Part shown: one piece after another, positions 1 through 9,759 of the stretch
Numbering within the stretch: the first letter of the stretch is position 1
Layout of the letters: each line of letters starts with the position of its first letter
NCBI GenBank assembly: GCA_023667185.1
Contig: JAMPAP010000002.1
Coordinates: forward strand, 150,978-214,977
Direction: 5' to 3'
DNA: 64,000 nucleotides
Source: Lachnoclostridium sp.
Lineage (GTDB): Bacteria > Bacteroidota > Bacteroidia > Bacteroidales > Muribaculaceae
Position numbers and translations under genes: made by a program
Notes under the pieces: generated by a model
The model's database searches: none
The model's input: only the letters and a program-made list of their open reading frames with translations
Told to the model about the DNA's origin: nothing

Positions 1-1
1 T

Positions 2-928
2 CCCTATAACAACAACCGTCAGGGCGGATACAACAACCAGGGCAATCGTCGCTTCAATAACAATAACAACCGTCAGGGCGGATACAATAACCAAGGCAAC
101 CGTCGCCCGGGTCAGAACCGCCAGAACCAGTATGGCATGCCTCAGGGTGGCAAGAGCTTTACTCCGCGTCCACGCCCTGTGGAATATGAAGTGACAATCC
201 CGGATCCCGACGAGCAAATCCGTCTCAACAAATATATGGCCAATGCCGGCATCTGCTCCCGCCGCGAGGCCGACGAATACATCAAGCAGGGCCTTGTGAA
301 GGTAAACGGCGAAGTGGTCACTGAGCTCGGCACCAAGATTACCCACAGCGATACTATCGAATATGACGACAAAGTGGTCACTCTCGAGCGTAAATGCTAC
401 ATCCTGCTCAACAAGCCCAAAGACTGCGTCACAACATCTGACGATCCCAACGGCCGCCTTACAGTGATGGACATCGTCAAAGGCGCATGCAACGAGCGCA
501 TCTACCCCGTAGGTCGCCTCGACCGCAACACCACAGGTGTGCTCCTGCTCACCAATGATGGTGACCTCGCTTCGAAGCTCACCCATCCCAAGTATGTCAA
601 GAAGAAAATCTACCACGTGTGGACTGATAAAGACATCTCTGAGGACGATATGCAGCGCATTGCCGACGGTATAGAGCTCGACGATGGCCCCATCCACGCC
701 GACGCCATCAGCTACGCTACCGAAACTGACCGCAATCAGGCCGGCATCGAAATCCACTCCGGACGTAACCGCATCGTGCGCCGCATATTCGAATCGCTCG
801 GCTACCACGTTACCAAGCTCGACCGCGTATACTTCGCCGGTCTGACCAAGAAAAACCTCCCCCGAGGCCGTTGGCGCTACCTCACCCAAGAAGAAGTCAA
901 CTACCTCAAGATGGGCTCATTCGAATAA
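2..928 (+). CDS. rluB: RluB/RsuA-family rRNA pseudouridine synthase; 5' end outside the window; N/Q/G/R-rich low-complexity N-terminal extension
   Basis: The frame is open from base 2 into ORF 137..928. It has an S4 motif (IRLNKYMANAGICSRREADEYIKQG) and the catalytic motif GRLDRNTTGVLLLTNDG. Confidence 0.85.
   Translation, partial: PYNNNRQGGYNNQGNRRFNNNNNRQGGYNNQGNRRPGQNRQNQYGMPQGGKSFTPRPRPVEYEVTIPDPDEQIRLNKYMANAGICSRREADEYIKQGLVKVNGEVVTELGTKITHSDTIEYDDKVVTLERKCYILLNKPKDCVTTSDDPNGRLTVMDIVKGACNERIYPVGRLDRNTTGVLLLTNDGDLASKLTHPKYVKKKIYHVWTDKDISEDDMQRIADGIELDDGPIHADAISYATETDRNQAGIEIHSGRNRIVRRIFESLGYHVTKLDRVYFAGLTKKNLPRGRWRYLTQEEVNYLKMGSFE
8..106 (+). repeat. Two near-identical 45-nt coding units (8..52 and 62..106) with a 54-nt period, each encoding N-N-(N)-R-Q-G-G-Y-N-N-Q-G-N-R-R
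   Basis: Direct comparison of aacaacaaccgtcagggcggatacaacaaccagggcaatcgtcgc with aataacaaccgtcagggcggatacaataaccaaggcaaccgtcgc. Confidence 0.9.
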
Positions 929-957
929 TTCCCCTCCCCGCGCCTCCACGGGCGGTA

Positions 958-1068
958 TGGCAACGTCTTTTTCATGAGCATATCATACGGGATCAGCGCT
1001 CGTATGATAATATTATGAATTATATTGACAATAATGTAGCAAACTGGTCAGTAGACTGCTTTTACTGA
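958..1068 (+). pseudogene. 3' remnant (about 36 codons) of an IS200/IS605-like Y1 (RayT-type) transposase gene
   Basis: The tail of ORF 871..1068 reads VWQRLFHEHIIRDQRSYDNIMNYIDNNVANWSVDCFY. From memory this matches the conserved C-terminus of REP-associated/IS200-like transposases (WQR.(F/Y).(D/E)H.IR....Y..I..YI..N...W). No upstream catalytic part exists because rluB ends at 928. Confidence 0.55.
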
Positions 1069-1120
1069 AATGCAAAATGCCGATGCGGGCGCGGTGGTCT
1101 CGTGCTGCAATGTAACTAAG

Positions 1121-1159
1121 AAGTCGCCGAAGGAGGTTGCAATCCTCTTTCGGCGACTT
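1121..1159 (+). terminator. Hairpin (about 15-bp stem, aagtcgccgaaggagg / cctctttcggcgactt) downstream of rluB and the transposase remnant
   Basis: Inverted repeat read directly, followed by only a short T run (tttg). Confidence 0.4.
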
Positions 1160-1332
1160 TGTCATTGAGGTAGTAGTCATGTATTATAACCATAAGATGT
1201 TCCAAAAAGTTGATATTTATGATCTATTTGGGAATACGAAATTTGTGATAATATTTTGATGAACCAATCGTCATTCCCAAAAGTCACCGGGCTCTTTCTG
1301 CATAAAAATTCATCGGGAAATGAGGGGAAATT

Positions 1333-1363
1333 TTTGTAGTTAGGTGAAAAGTCGCTACTTTTG
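1333..1363 (+). promoter_or_regulatory. Candidate Bacteroidetes sigma-A promoter (TTTG, 19 nt, TACTTTTG) upstream of rnz
   Basis: TTTG at 1333..1336 and TAnnTTTG at 1356..1363. The -7 box overlaps the TTG start given by the ORF track, so the rnz start codon is uncertain. Confidence 0.4.
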
Positions 1364-2284
1364 CGCGTGGCAAAGTTTCAAATAAATATTTTGGGCTGTG
1401 GGTCAGCTACGCCGTCGTCGCGCCATCAGCCATCGTGTCAGGTGATTGACTTCCGTGATCGCCTGATGATGGTGGATTGTGGCGAGGGTGCGCAGATGCA
1501 GTTTAAGAAGATGGGACTGAAGTTTTCCCGCCTGAGCCATATATTTATTTCTCACCTGCATGGCGACCATGTTTTCGGCTTGCCGGGACTACTGTCTACG
1601 ATGGCATTGCATGATGTGACGCCGCGGGTGACGGTTCATGTCCATGCCGAGGGTGTAAACTTGCTGCGCCAGTGGCTCGGCTACTTCCTGCGGGATACGG
1701 CTCTCGATATTATCTATGATCCCATACAGCCGGGTGAATCGCGTATCTTGCTCGAGGATAAGGCCTTGACTGTGGAATCTTTCCCGCTCTACCACCGCGT
1801 GCCGTGCTCGGGTTTTATCTTTCGAGAGAAACCCAAGGCGCGCCATATCAATGGCGAAATGGTGAAGTATCTGAATCTTACGCCGTCGCAGATCATAGCG
1901 GTGAAGGAGGGGGCTGATTATGTGTCGCCTGACGGCCGTGTGTATCCTAATTCGGCTCTTACCACTGATCCTGATCCGGCGATGAGTTATGCTTACTGCT
2001 CGGATACGGCGGCTGACTATAGGGTGGCCGAAGCGATCCGCGGCGTAGATACTATATATCATGAGGCCACTTACGATGACTCGTTCCGCGCTATGGCGCG
2101 TGAGCGCGGGCACTCCACCGCCCGCCAGGCCGCAGAAATAGCACTTAAAGCCGGCGTCAAGCGGCTGATACTTGGCCACTTCTCCAAGCGATATGACTCG
2201 GAGCAGATCCTTCTGGACGAAGCCCGTGAGACGTTCCCTGATGTGATAATCGCCCGCGAGGGCTTGAAAATTGACCTGCTCTGA
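1361..2284 (+). CDS. rnz: Ribonuclease Z (tRNA 3' endonuclease, metallo-beta-lactamase fold)
   Basis: N-terminus INILGCGSATPS and HxHxDH motif ISHLHGDHVFGLPGLL; length about 305 aa. The start (TTG 1361 or GTG 1367) is uncertain. Confidence 0.9.
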   Translation: MRVAKFQINILGCGSATPSSRHQPSCQVIDFRDRLMMVDCGEGAQMQFKKMGLKFSRLSHIFISHLHGDHVFGLPGLLSTMALHDVTPRVTVHVHAEGVNLLRQWLGYFLRDTALDIIYDPIQPGESRILLEDKALTVESFPLYHRVPCSGFIFREKPKARHINGEMVKYLNLTPSQIIAVKEGADYVSPDGRVYPNSALTTDPDPAMSYAYCSDTAADYRVAEAIRGVDTIYHEATYDDSFRAMARERGHSTARQAAEIALKAGVKRLILGHFSKRYDSEQILLDEARETFPDVIIAREGLKIDLL

Positions 2285-2289
2285 CGCTT

Positions 2290-4281
2290 ATGGATACGAC
2301 AGGTAAGACTTTGAGATGGCTCCTTGTAGCGATACTTGCCGCGGTGGTTGCCGCGTGTGCGTCGATAGGTCGACCTGAAGGGGGGCCGCGTGACGAGCTC
2401 CCTCCCGTGTATGTCAGGAGTAATCCCCGGCCGGGCCAGACTGAGTTTAAAGGTGACCGCATTACTATCGACTTTGATGAGAATGTGCAGCTTGACGATG
2501 CCATGAACAAGGTGGTGGTGTCGCCCGCTCAGCGCACTACACCTCAAGTGTCGGCTCTCGGCAAACGAATCACCGTGCAACTACGCGATACGATGATCCC
2601 CGATGTCACTTATACGATTGACTTCTCTGACGCCATCAAGGACCTAAATGAAGGGAATATTCTCGACGGATTTGCTATCGATTTCGCCACCGGCCCGGTC
2701 ATAGATACGCTCCGCATATCAGGTATGGTGCTTGAGGCAAAGACTTTGGAGCCCGCCCAAGGCATGCTCGTAGGGGTGTATTCAAATCTCTCGGACACAG
2801 CAATCTCAACCCTGCCATTCGAACGAATCACCAAGACCAACCAGCTCGGACAGTTCACCCTCCGCGGCCTTAAGGAGGGTACCTACCGCATCTTTGCCAT
2901 CGACGATAAAAACCGTGATTACCACTGGGATCGCTCCGAAAATATAGCCTTTTATGATACGTTGATCACTCCTGTAGCCCGGCCGGTGATGGTGGTGGAT
3001 ACGCTTACATCTTCGGATGGCCGCGATTCGCTGGTGGAACGTCAGACTACGGCATTTTATCCCGACGATATCCTCCTGACATGGTTCAACGAGGATTATA
3101 AAGCGCGTTACATGATGGACAACAAGCGCACCGAGCGAGGCCGTATCGACTTGATGTTCAGTACTCCGGGTGACACTTTGCCAATACTCAAACTGATTAA
3201 TACCTACCGTGCCGGCGACGACATCTCCACATGGGCTGCCTTGAAGGCTTCCGAGACCCTCGACACGCTCACTTACTGGATCACTGACACTGCTCTCGTG
3301 GCTACTGACTCTATCCTCGTCGAAGCCAAATATATGCGCACTGACACCCTCGACAATCTCTCCATGGCCACTGACACGCTGAAATTCTTCATGCGCCCGG
3401 CCCGCCCGAAAAAGGAGAAGAAATCAAAGAAGGATGAGGAAGCTGACACCATCCCGCCCGTTATTCCGACGATAAAATTAGACGTGACAAGCGGCACCAT
3501 GCAGCAGCTTAATCGTCCGCTGACACTCCGATCACAGTCGGCAATCGAAAGCTTCGACTCCACCGGCGTAAGCCTCGAGATGCTCGAAGACAGCACGTGG
3601 ATACCACTGACGCCGCCACACTTCAGCCGGGTATCGCAGTATAATCCCATGGAATATCTGGCTCCATACGAGTGGCTTGAAAACACCAAGTACCGTCTGA
3701 CCATCGACTCAGCCATGATAACAGATATCTACGGCCTTGTCAACAAGCCGGTAAAGCACGAGTTTACCACCCGCAGCCTGAGCGATTATTCTACCGTCAC
3801 GTTTAATATCGAGGGGCTCGATGGGAGGCCGGCCATGGTGGAGCTCCTGTCGACATCTGATGCCCCGGTAGCCACCGCCCCGGTAGAAAACGGCTCAGCA
3901 ACACTGAGATACCTCAACCCCGGTGTATATTACGCGCGCCTGTATATTGACTCTGATACTTCGCAGACTTATACCACCGGCAATCTCCTGACGTCACTTC
4001 AGCCGGAGGAAACCTACTATTACCCCAAGAAACTTAATCTTAAGAAAAACTGGGACATAGAGCAATCATGGAACATTTATGAACTCCCGCTCGATACCCA
4101 GAAACCTTTCGAAATAAAGAAAAACAAGCCCAAGCGATCCAACCGCGAAGAGACCTATTCTGATGAGGACGATGAGGAGGATGATATGTACAATAATCAG
4201 TTCCTCAATCCAGCCGGGAACGGCTCAAGCTTTGACAATCTAAACAACCGAAGCGGTCGAAACTCTCCACGATTTATGTAA
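2290..4281 (+). CDS. Ig-like (SbsA/Big_5-like) domain lipoprotein with an acidic, low-complexity C-terminus
   Basis: Lipoprotein signal LAAVVAAC. Near the N-terminus, FKGDRITIDFDENVQLDD resembles Big_5 Ig-like domains. The family call is tentative. Confidence 0.6.
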   Translation: MDTTGKTLRWLLVAILAAVVAACASIGRPEGGPRDELPPVYVRSNPRPGQTEFKGDRITIDFDENVQLDDAMNKVVVSPAQRTTPQVSALGKRITVQLRDTMIPDVTYTIDFSDAIKDLNEGNILDGFAIDFATGPVIDTLRISGMVLEAKTLEPAQGMLVGVYSNLSDTAISTLPFERITKTNQLGQFTLRGLKEGTYRIFAIDDKNRDYHWDRSENIAFYDTLITPVARPVMVVDTLTSSDGRDSLVERQTTAFYPDDILLTWFNEDYKARYMMDNKRTERGRIDLMFSTPGDTLPILKLINTYRAGDDISTWAALKASETLDTLTYWITDTALVATDSILVEAKYMRTDTLDNLSMATDTLKFFMRPARPKKEKKSKKDEEADTIPPVIPTIKLDVTSGTMQQLNRPLTLRSQSAIESFDSTGVSLEMLEDSTWIPLTPPHFSRVSQYNPMEYLAPYEWLENTKYRLTIDSAMITDIYGLVNKPVKHEFTTRSLSDYSTVTFNIEGLDGRPAMVELLSTSDAPVATAPVENGSATLRYLNPGVYYARLYIDSDTSQTYTTGNLLTSLQPEETYYYPKKLNLKKNWDIEQSWNIYELPLDTQKPFEIKKNKPKRSNREETYSDEDDEEDDMYNNQFLNPAGNGSSFDNLNNRSGRNSPRFM

Positions 4282-4293
4282 TCGAATGATCCT

Positions 4294-6300
4294 ATGAGAA
4301 AACTATTTATACTGCTTATCCTGACCACTCTCTCGATGACTGTGTTTTTTACGGCCTGCTCGGATCATGATAAGCATAACGCTATGGCCATGAGGGATAT
4401 TGACACCATAGCTGATAAATACTATGCAAGGATATACTCTGATCCCCTGTATGCCGATAGCGGACTGACAGCCTTACGGGCCTCCCTCTCTGACAGTGAC
4501 CAATATCACTCGATCAGCTCGATGCTTGCTCTTGTGAAGCTCGTAGAGGGAAATGCTCAGGCAAGTGACTCCATCCTGAATGATGTGCGCCGTTTCGTGG
4601 CAAGTAACGATGCCCGGTATGCCCGCGAACGCCTTGCCATTACCATAGCGGTAATCAACTCATTGTATGGGCGTAACGAAGCCGCTTGTGACGATTTTAT
4701 TATTGCCTATCGTCTTTCAGTAGAAAATAAGGACTGGCTGAACGCTATCAAGAATATGGCTAACGTAGGAGAGCTGACAGAGTTACTCGGCGACCCGGCC
4801 GAGGCTGTAATCTGGCTCCGTAATACCCTCGTGCTTGCTGACTCAGTGGGGATCTCTGACATGGACTTCTCAGTGAGGACACGCCTTGCCGGAACATATA
4901 CCTCGATGCAGAATTTTGCCGAGGCTGATCGTCTCTTTGCCCGCAATGAGCCGTTAGTAGATGCCGAGCCGCCGTCAAATCAGTTCTTCTATTATTCAGC
5001 CCGAGGCAATAGCCTGTATTACCGTCAATTGTATGCTCCTGCGCTGAAGGATTTCAAGCTTGCGGCGGCTACGTTGGCTAAGCTTGGAGACCCATACATG
5101 GAGGCCGTCACTATGACTAACATCGGCGAGGTATATATGTATCTCGGGCAGCTTGATTCGGCTCAGTATTATGTTGACCGCGCTGTTAAGACCTTTGATG
5201 AAATAGCTGTCAATGATCCGGGGCAGCTCTTTTATCTCAACTCCCTGCGGGGCGACCTGGAGATGCGTCTCGGAAACCTTGCCGAGGCACGACGGCTTCT
5301 TATGGCTATTGATCCTGATTCAGTAAGCATCACACCGCGCTATATCGCCGTGCATCATCGCCGTCTACAGGACTTTTATCAGGCTATAGGTGACTATAAG
5401 AACTCACTCAATCACCTCATAAAGGCCGATGTGATCGACGATTCGCTGCAGAACCTTATAGCCCGTAACTTCTCCGAAGAGGTGGACAACCGATATTCGC
5501 GTGACACCACCGTGCTCCACGCCCGGCTACGTGTGTCGCAGAAAGAGGAAGAGATCTCGATGCTCTATCTGTGGATTATAGGGTCAGTGCTCGTGGGTAT
5601 TGTTATCATCTTTGTACTCATTATCAATCAGGTAGTCCGACGACGCAGGGCTGCCCGCCAGCTGGAAGAGATGCGCGATTCACTTATAGGAATACGTATG
5701 GAGAGCACCCGTAACCGTATATCGCCGCATTTTATCTTCAATCTGCTCAATAATGAGCTGCCTGATGATAACGTCAATGTGCGCAATCTTGTTAACCTCA
5801 TGCGCCTTAATCTTGACCTGTGTAACCAGCCGGTCATCACTCTCAGTGAAGAACTTAACTTCATCAAGCTCTATGTCAATGTGGTGCGTGATTCCATTGG
5901 CTCGGATCTGAAGTTTGATGTGAATATATCCTCAGATATTGATCCTGACAAGGTGGAGATTCCATCCATGATGCTGCAGATCTTTGCAGAGAATGCTATC
6001 AAGCATGGTCTGCGCGGATATGAGGATCCCGGAAAGAGGTTGATTATTGATATCCGGCGTGCCGACAGCGGCATTGAAGTGAGCATCTCTAACACCACTC
6101 TGCCAGGCCATTACAAGGCCACGGGTGGCACGGGCACTGGTATGCGCGTAGTAAGCCAGACCATAGCGACACTCAACACCCGCAATCTTCAGCCCATAGA
6201 AATGTCACAGAAGGTGGAATCGCTCCCTGACGGTCATGAAATGTACACTGTGAAAATCTTCTTCCCTGACGGTTACGATTACACAATGCTCGAACATTGA
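4294..6300 (+). CDS. LytS/YehU-type sensor histidine kinase with a periplasmic TPR-like region; no response regulator gene adjacent
   Basis: Lipobox-type signal (VFFTAC), a TPR-like helical repeat region and a TM segment (LWIIGSVLVGIVIIFVLII). The His_kinase motif is RISPHFIFNLLNN and the HATPase motifs are FAENAIKHG and GTGTGM. Confidence 0.85.
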   Translation: MRKLFILLILTTLSMTVFFTACSDHDKHNAMAMRDIDTIADKYYARIYSDPLYADSGLTALRASLSDSDQYHSISSMLALVKLVEGNAQASDSILNDVRRFVASNDARYARERLAITIAVINSLYGRNEAACDDFIIAYRLSVENKDWLNAIKNMANVGELTELLGDPAEAVIWLRNTLVLADSVGISDMDFSVRTRLAGTYTSMQNFAEADRLFARNEPLVDAEPPSNQFFYYSARGNSLYYRQLYAPALKDFKLAAATLAKLGDPYMEAVTMTNIGEVYMYLGQLDSAQYYVDRAVKTFDEIAVNDPGQLFYLNSLRGDLEMRLGNLAEARRLLMAIDPDSVSITPRYIAVHHRRLQDFYQAIGDYKNSLNHLIKADVIDDSLQNLIARNFSEEVDNRYSRDTTVLHARLRVSQKEEEISMLYLWIIGSVLVGIVIIFVLIINQVVRRRRAARQLEEMRDSLIGIRMESTRNRISPHFIFNLLNNELPDDNVNVRNLVNLMRLNLDLCNQPVITLSEELNFIKLYVNVVRDSIGSDLKFDVNISSDIDPDKVEIPSMMLQIFAENAIKHGLRGYEDPGKRLIIDIRRADSGIEVSISNTTLPGHYKATGGTGTGMRVVSQTIATLNTRNLQPIEMSQKVESLPDGHEMYTVKIFFPDGYDYTMLEH

Positions 6301-6564
6301 TGAAAATCATACGTTTGGTTGTTAAATTGTGACGTATATCCAAAACTTCATTTCCCTGCTTTTGACGCCTCGAAAAAACGCCTGATTTTCGCGGTGTTAT
6401 GGATTTTATTTCTTATCTTTGCGTGTATTACTGTCTGAACGACAGACGGTTTGTCGCGGGCTTTTCAAAGCTCTTAAAGCTGCGGTTAAACGTCTTAAGA
6501 TTAGATGGTTATATGTGCAATATAGTAAATTAATTATCTTTTACAACTGATATATCTGAAGAAA

Positions 6565-9500
6565 ATGAAGGACTTTTCATTGATTCTTAACACCGGAATC
6601 CAGTTTTACCAGCTGGACAACGAGGTTACGATTGACCTTAATGAGAGCGTGATGAAGGCATTACGCTACTATGTCTACCAGTTCCGTGACACTATCTACA
6701 TGGATCCCGTGTACTATTTCCCCATGAAAGACAAATTCCTGCGACGTAATGACCTGGTAACTAACGGATATCTTGACCCGAATACCAATGTCATGGCTCC
6801 TGAGGAAGTGATAAACAACCATGTCAACTGGCTTGAGGATGATACGCTACTCTCGGTCAACGGCCTTGATGTGACTATCGGCGATGAACGTCTTTCAGGT
6901 ATCGAACAGATTGAAAATCAGTGGCTCCCCATTCCTTTCTATGAGAAAGACCGCGACGGATCGTTCTCCTATCCGGTCAACTGGTGTCGTATCAAGCTGG
7001 TGCCGGTGAAGGAGAAGAGTACCGCTCACAAGAAGGTCTACAAGGCAGTGATGGCATTTGATACCAACGAAAATCTCCAGTATGCTGATCGCAGCCCCCA
7101 CTTCAATAATGGCCAGCCTTTCAAGGATTATGCCATGTGTGGTATCTCGCAGAAGGATCTCGACAATATGACTGACTCTGACCGCAAGCGCGTCAACTCA
7201 ATGATTGTCCCCCTGCGCGCCTACGAGTTTGTAGATACAAAGAAAAACCCCGAGCTCGACGGTTACCTCCGTACTATCCTCCACAGCAGTCCTGACGGAA
7301 AGCAGGAGGATGTGCGTGACCGCGTGAAATATCTCGCCTATTATACTTACCTGATAACTTACCTGCAGCTGAAGCATATCTTCCCTGACGTAAGATTGTA
7401 TAATGACGTCAATCAGGCTGTTATCAAGACGAATCTTGTGCTCGACGTAGGTAACTCCCGCACATTTGGCCTTATAGCCGAGGATCCGTTGAACGCATCA
7501 TTCTCCAAGGCTTCACCCATAGAGCTGCGTGACCTCTCCACCGGCCAGATTTACGACAAGCCCTTCGATATGCGTCTGTGCTTCCGCCGCGAGCTGTTCG
7601 GGCTCAGCACCAGCGACCGCCAGTTCCGCTGGCCGAGCTATGTGCGCCTCGGCGAAGAAGCTCTCCGCAATATCTACGATGGCGATCAGGATCTCGACAG
7701 TAACGAGGAGTTTGAGACAAACCATTCAAGCCCCAAGCGTTATCTCTGGGATACAGCACCTTACTGCGGCGAGTGGAAATTCGTTTCGGAGAAAGACCGC
7801 TACATCGGCCCGGCCATGAAAGTAAGCATCGAGGGACTTGATGAGCAGTTTGCTACCGATGGATCCTTCGTGGCTGACCCCATGAACTTCGGCGTCAAGA
7901 GCAGCTACTCCCGCTGCTCGCTGATGACCTTCTGCTTCCTGGAGATACTTCTTCAGGTAAGAATGCAGATCAACGGCGTGAAATTCCGTGAGAAAAACGG
8001 TAACGAAAGCCGCAAGCGTCAGATTTCCCGCGTGATACTTACATGCCCTACAGCGATGAGTCGCGAGGAACAGAAGACTCTCCGCAAGTGTATGGAGGAT
8101 GCGACCATCGTGCTCCGCCGCTTCTATAACGATTCGTATAACGAAGTCTATAATCCTGAGAATGATAAAGATAAAGTGGAAATCATCCCCTCGGTGAAAG
8201 ACCTTGCCAAGAATGCCGACAATTATGAAATGCGCCGCAACTGGATATACGACGAGGCTACCTGCTGCCAGATGGTGTATCTCTACTCCGAAATGCGCCG
8301 CTACTTAGGTAATGTCAATGAGTTTTTCGACCTCTACGGTATGCGTCGCAACGGCGAACCGCAGAAGTCGCTCACAGTGGCTTCAATCGACATAGGTGCC
8401 GGCACCACTGACATCATGATCTGCAACTACCGCAATGGAGGTGAGACGATTATACCTACGCCTCTTTTTTGGGAAACATTCCATATCGCCGGCGACGAGC
8501 TCGTGAAACGCGTGATTATCGACGTGCTTATCAACGATCCCCAGGAGAAGTTCCGCGGTGCATCCGGCCTGATTACCGATAAGCTCCGCTCCATAGGCTG
8601 CCCCGACATTCCTAATACCAAGGCTCACTTCTTCGGCGACACTCAGGCTATGGGAGTAAAAGAAAAACGTATGCGCAAGGAGTTTAACGTGCAGGTGCTC
8701 ATCCCTATAGCCAACTATCTTCTCGACCTTCTCCAGAAAAATGAGGAGGATCGCATCATCAAGTTTGACGACATCTTTACCACAACCCGTCCTTCAAAAA
8801 CACTGCTTGACTTCTTCGCCAACCAGATGGGCTTCCGCTTCGAGGAAATGCCTATCAAATATTCGCGCGAGTTTATGAACGACATCGTCAGCAAGGTATT
8901 TGAGCCGTCGATGCGCAAGTGGGCTGCAATATTCTACAGCTACAAGTGCGACATCGTGCTCATGGCCGGCCGCCCCTGCTCGCTCGAGCGCGTCCACAAG
9001 ATGCTGCTTCGCCTCTATTCCGTATCACCCAACCGCCTCATCTCGATGAACGACTACCGTGTAGGCTCATGGTATCCCGGCTCAAGCGACATCGGTCACT
9101 TCGGCGACAAGAAGTCGATGGTGGCTGTAGGTGCCTTGATATCTTATCTGGCTGAGACCGGCAAGCTGTCATATCTCCGCCTGAATACTGAAAACCTGAA
9201 AACCAAGATATTACCTACGAGTGACTTCATCGGCCTGCTCAACTCCAAGACGGGCTCACTCACTCCGCTGCTTACTCCGGAAATACGTCGTGCTCGCATG
9301 GAAATCTCAGGCTTCCCCATCCGCATCGGCACCAAGCAGATCAATATCGGCGGCTATCCTTCACGACTTATGTATGTACTTGACTTCAATGAGGATTTCA
9401 TCCGTCGTAAGGCTATTGAAAATCTTATCAACCAGCTCGGACTACCCATGTCGGCCAAAGAAACCGATATCTCACCTGACTATATTGTCAACGAGATGGA

Positions 9501-9717
9501 TACGCTGAAATTCCGTACCAAGCGCGCCACGCCGCTTACCTTCGCCTTCGAACGCGAGTTTAACACTGACAAGGAGCTCATCAAGATCGAAAGCGTGACT
9601 AACGCCGAGCGTGACGAGATCTCACCCAAAATGTTCAGCCTCAAGCTGCAAAGCTGGGATGAAGATGAAAACAACTGGCTCGATTCCGGTAAATTCATCA
9701 TGCAGATCAGCGAATGA
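6565..9717 (+). CDS. SrfB-like protein: large actin/Hsp70-fold (ASKHA) ATPase
   Basis: Phosphate-1-like VLDVGNSRTFG (about 7438), phosphate-2-like SIDIGAGTTDIM (about 8383) and an adenosine-like VLMAGRPCSL. It is 1050 aa and precedes a large P-loop protein, as in srfB-srfC. The N-terminus (LILNTGIQFYQLD) resembles my memory of SrfB. Confidence 0.6.
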   Translation: MKDFSLILNTGIQFYQLDNEVTIDLNESVMKALRYYVYQFRDTIYMDPVYYFPMKDKFLRRNDLVTNGYLDPNTNVMAPEEVINNHVNWLEDDTLLSVNGLDVTIGDERLSGIEQIENQWLPIPFYEKDRDGSFSYPVNWCRIKLVPVKEKSTAHKKVYKAVMAFDTNENLQYADRSPHFNNGQPFKDYAMCGISQKDLDNMTDSDRKRVNSMIVPLRAYEFVDTKKNPELDGYLRTILHSSPDGKQEDVRDRVKYLAYYTYLITYLQLKHIFPDVRLYNDVNQAVIKTNLVLDVGNSRTFGLIAEDPLNASFSKASPIELRDLSTGQIYDKPFDMRLCFRRELFGLSTSDRQFRWPSYVRLGEEALRNIYDGDQDLDSNEEFETNHSSPKRYLWDTAPYCGEWKFVSEKDRYIGPAMKVSIEGLDEQFATDGSFVADPMNFGVKSSYSRCSLMTFCFLEILLQVRMQINGVKFREKNGNESRKRQISRVILTCPTAMSREEQKTLRKCMEDATIVLRRFYNDSYNEVYNPENDKDKVEIIPSVKDLAKNADNYEMRRNWIYDEATCCQMVYLYSEMRRYLGNVNEFFDLYGMRRNGEPQKSLTVASIDIGAGTTDIMICNYRNGGETIIPTPLFWETFHIAGDELVKRVIIDVLINDPQEKFRGASGLITDKLRSIGCPDIPNTKAHFFGDTQAMGVKEKRMRKEFNVQVLIPIANYLLDLLQKNEEDRIIKFDDIFTTTRPSKTLLDFFANQMGFRFEEMPIKYSREFMNDIVSKVFEPSMRKWAAIFYSYKCDIVLMAGRPCSLERVHKMLLRLYSVSPNRLISMNDYRVGSWYPGSSDIGHFGDKKSMVAVGALISYLAETGKLSYLRLNTENLKTKILPTSDFIGLLNSKTGSLTPLLTPEIRRARMEISGFPIRIGTKQINIGGYPSRLMYVLDFNEDFIRRKAIENLINQLGLPMSAKETDISPDYIVNEMDTLKFRTKRATPLTFAFEREFNTDKELIKIESVTNAERDEISPKMFSLKLQSWDEDENNWLDSGKFIMQISE

Positions 9718-9759
9718 TTTTCAAGTGCACAAATTTACTAATTCTGACTACTTCTTAAA

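Noticed and set aside
871-957. The 5' two-thirds of ORF 871..1068 as coding sequence.
   Set aside because: It overlaps the rluB 3' end in another frame and has no transposase-like sequence. Only the 3' third is treated as a gene remnant.
1589-2580. 196-, 169- and 117-aa minus-strand ORFs overlapping rnz and the Ig-like lipoprotein gene.
   Set aside because: They are antisense to well-supported genes, and their Arg/Ser-rich composition looks non-protein-like.
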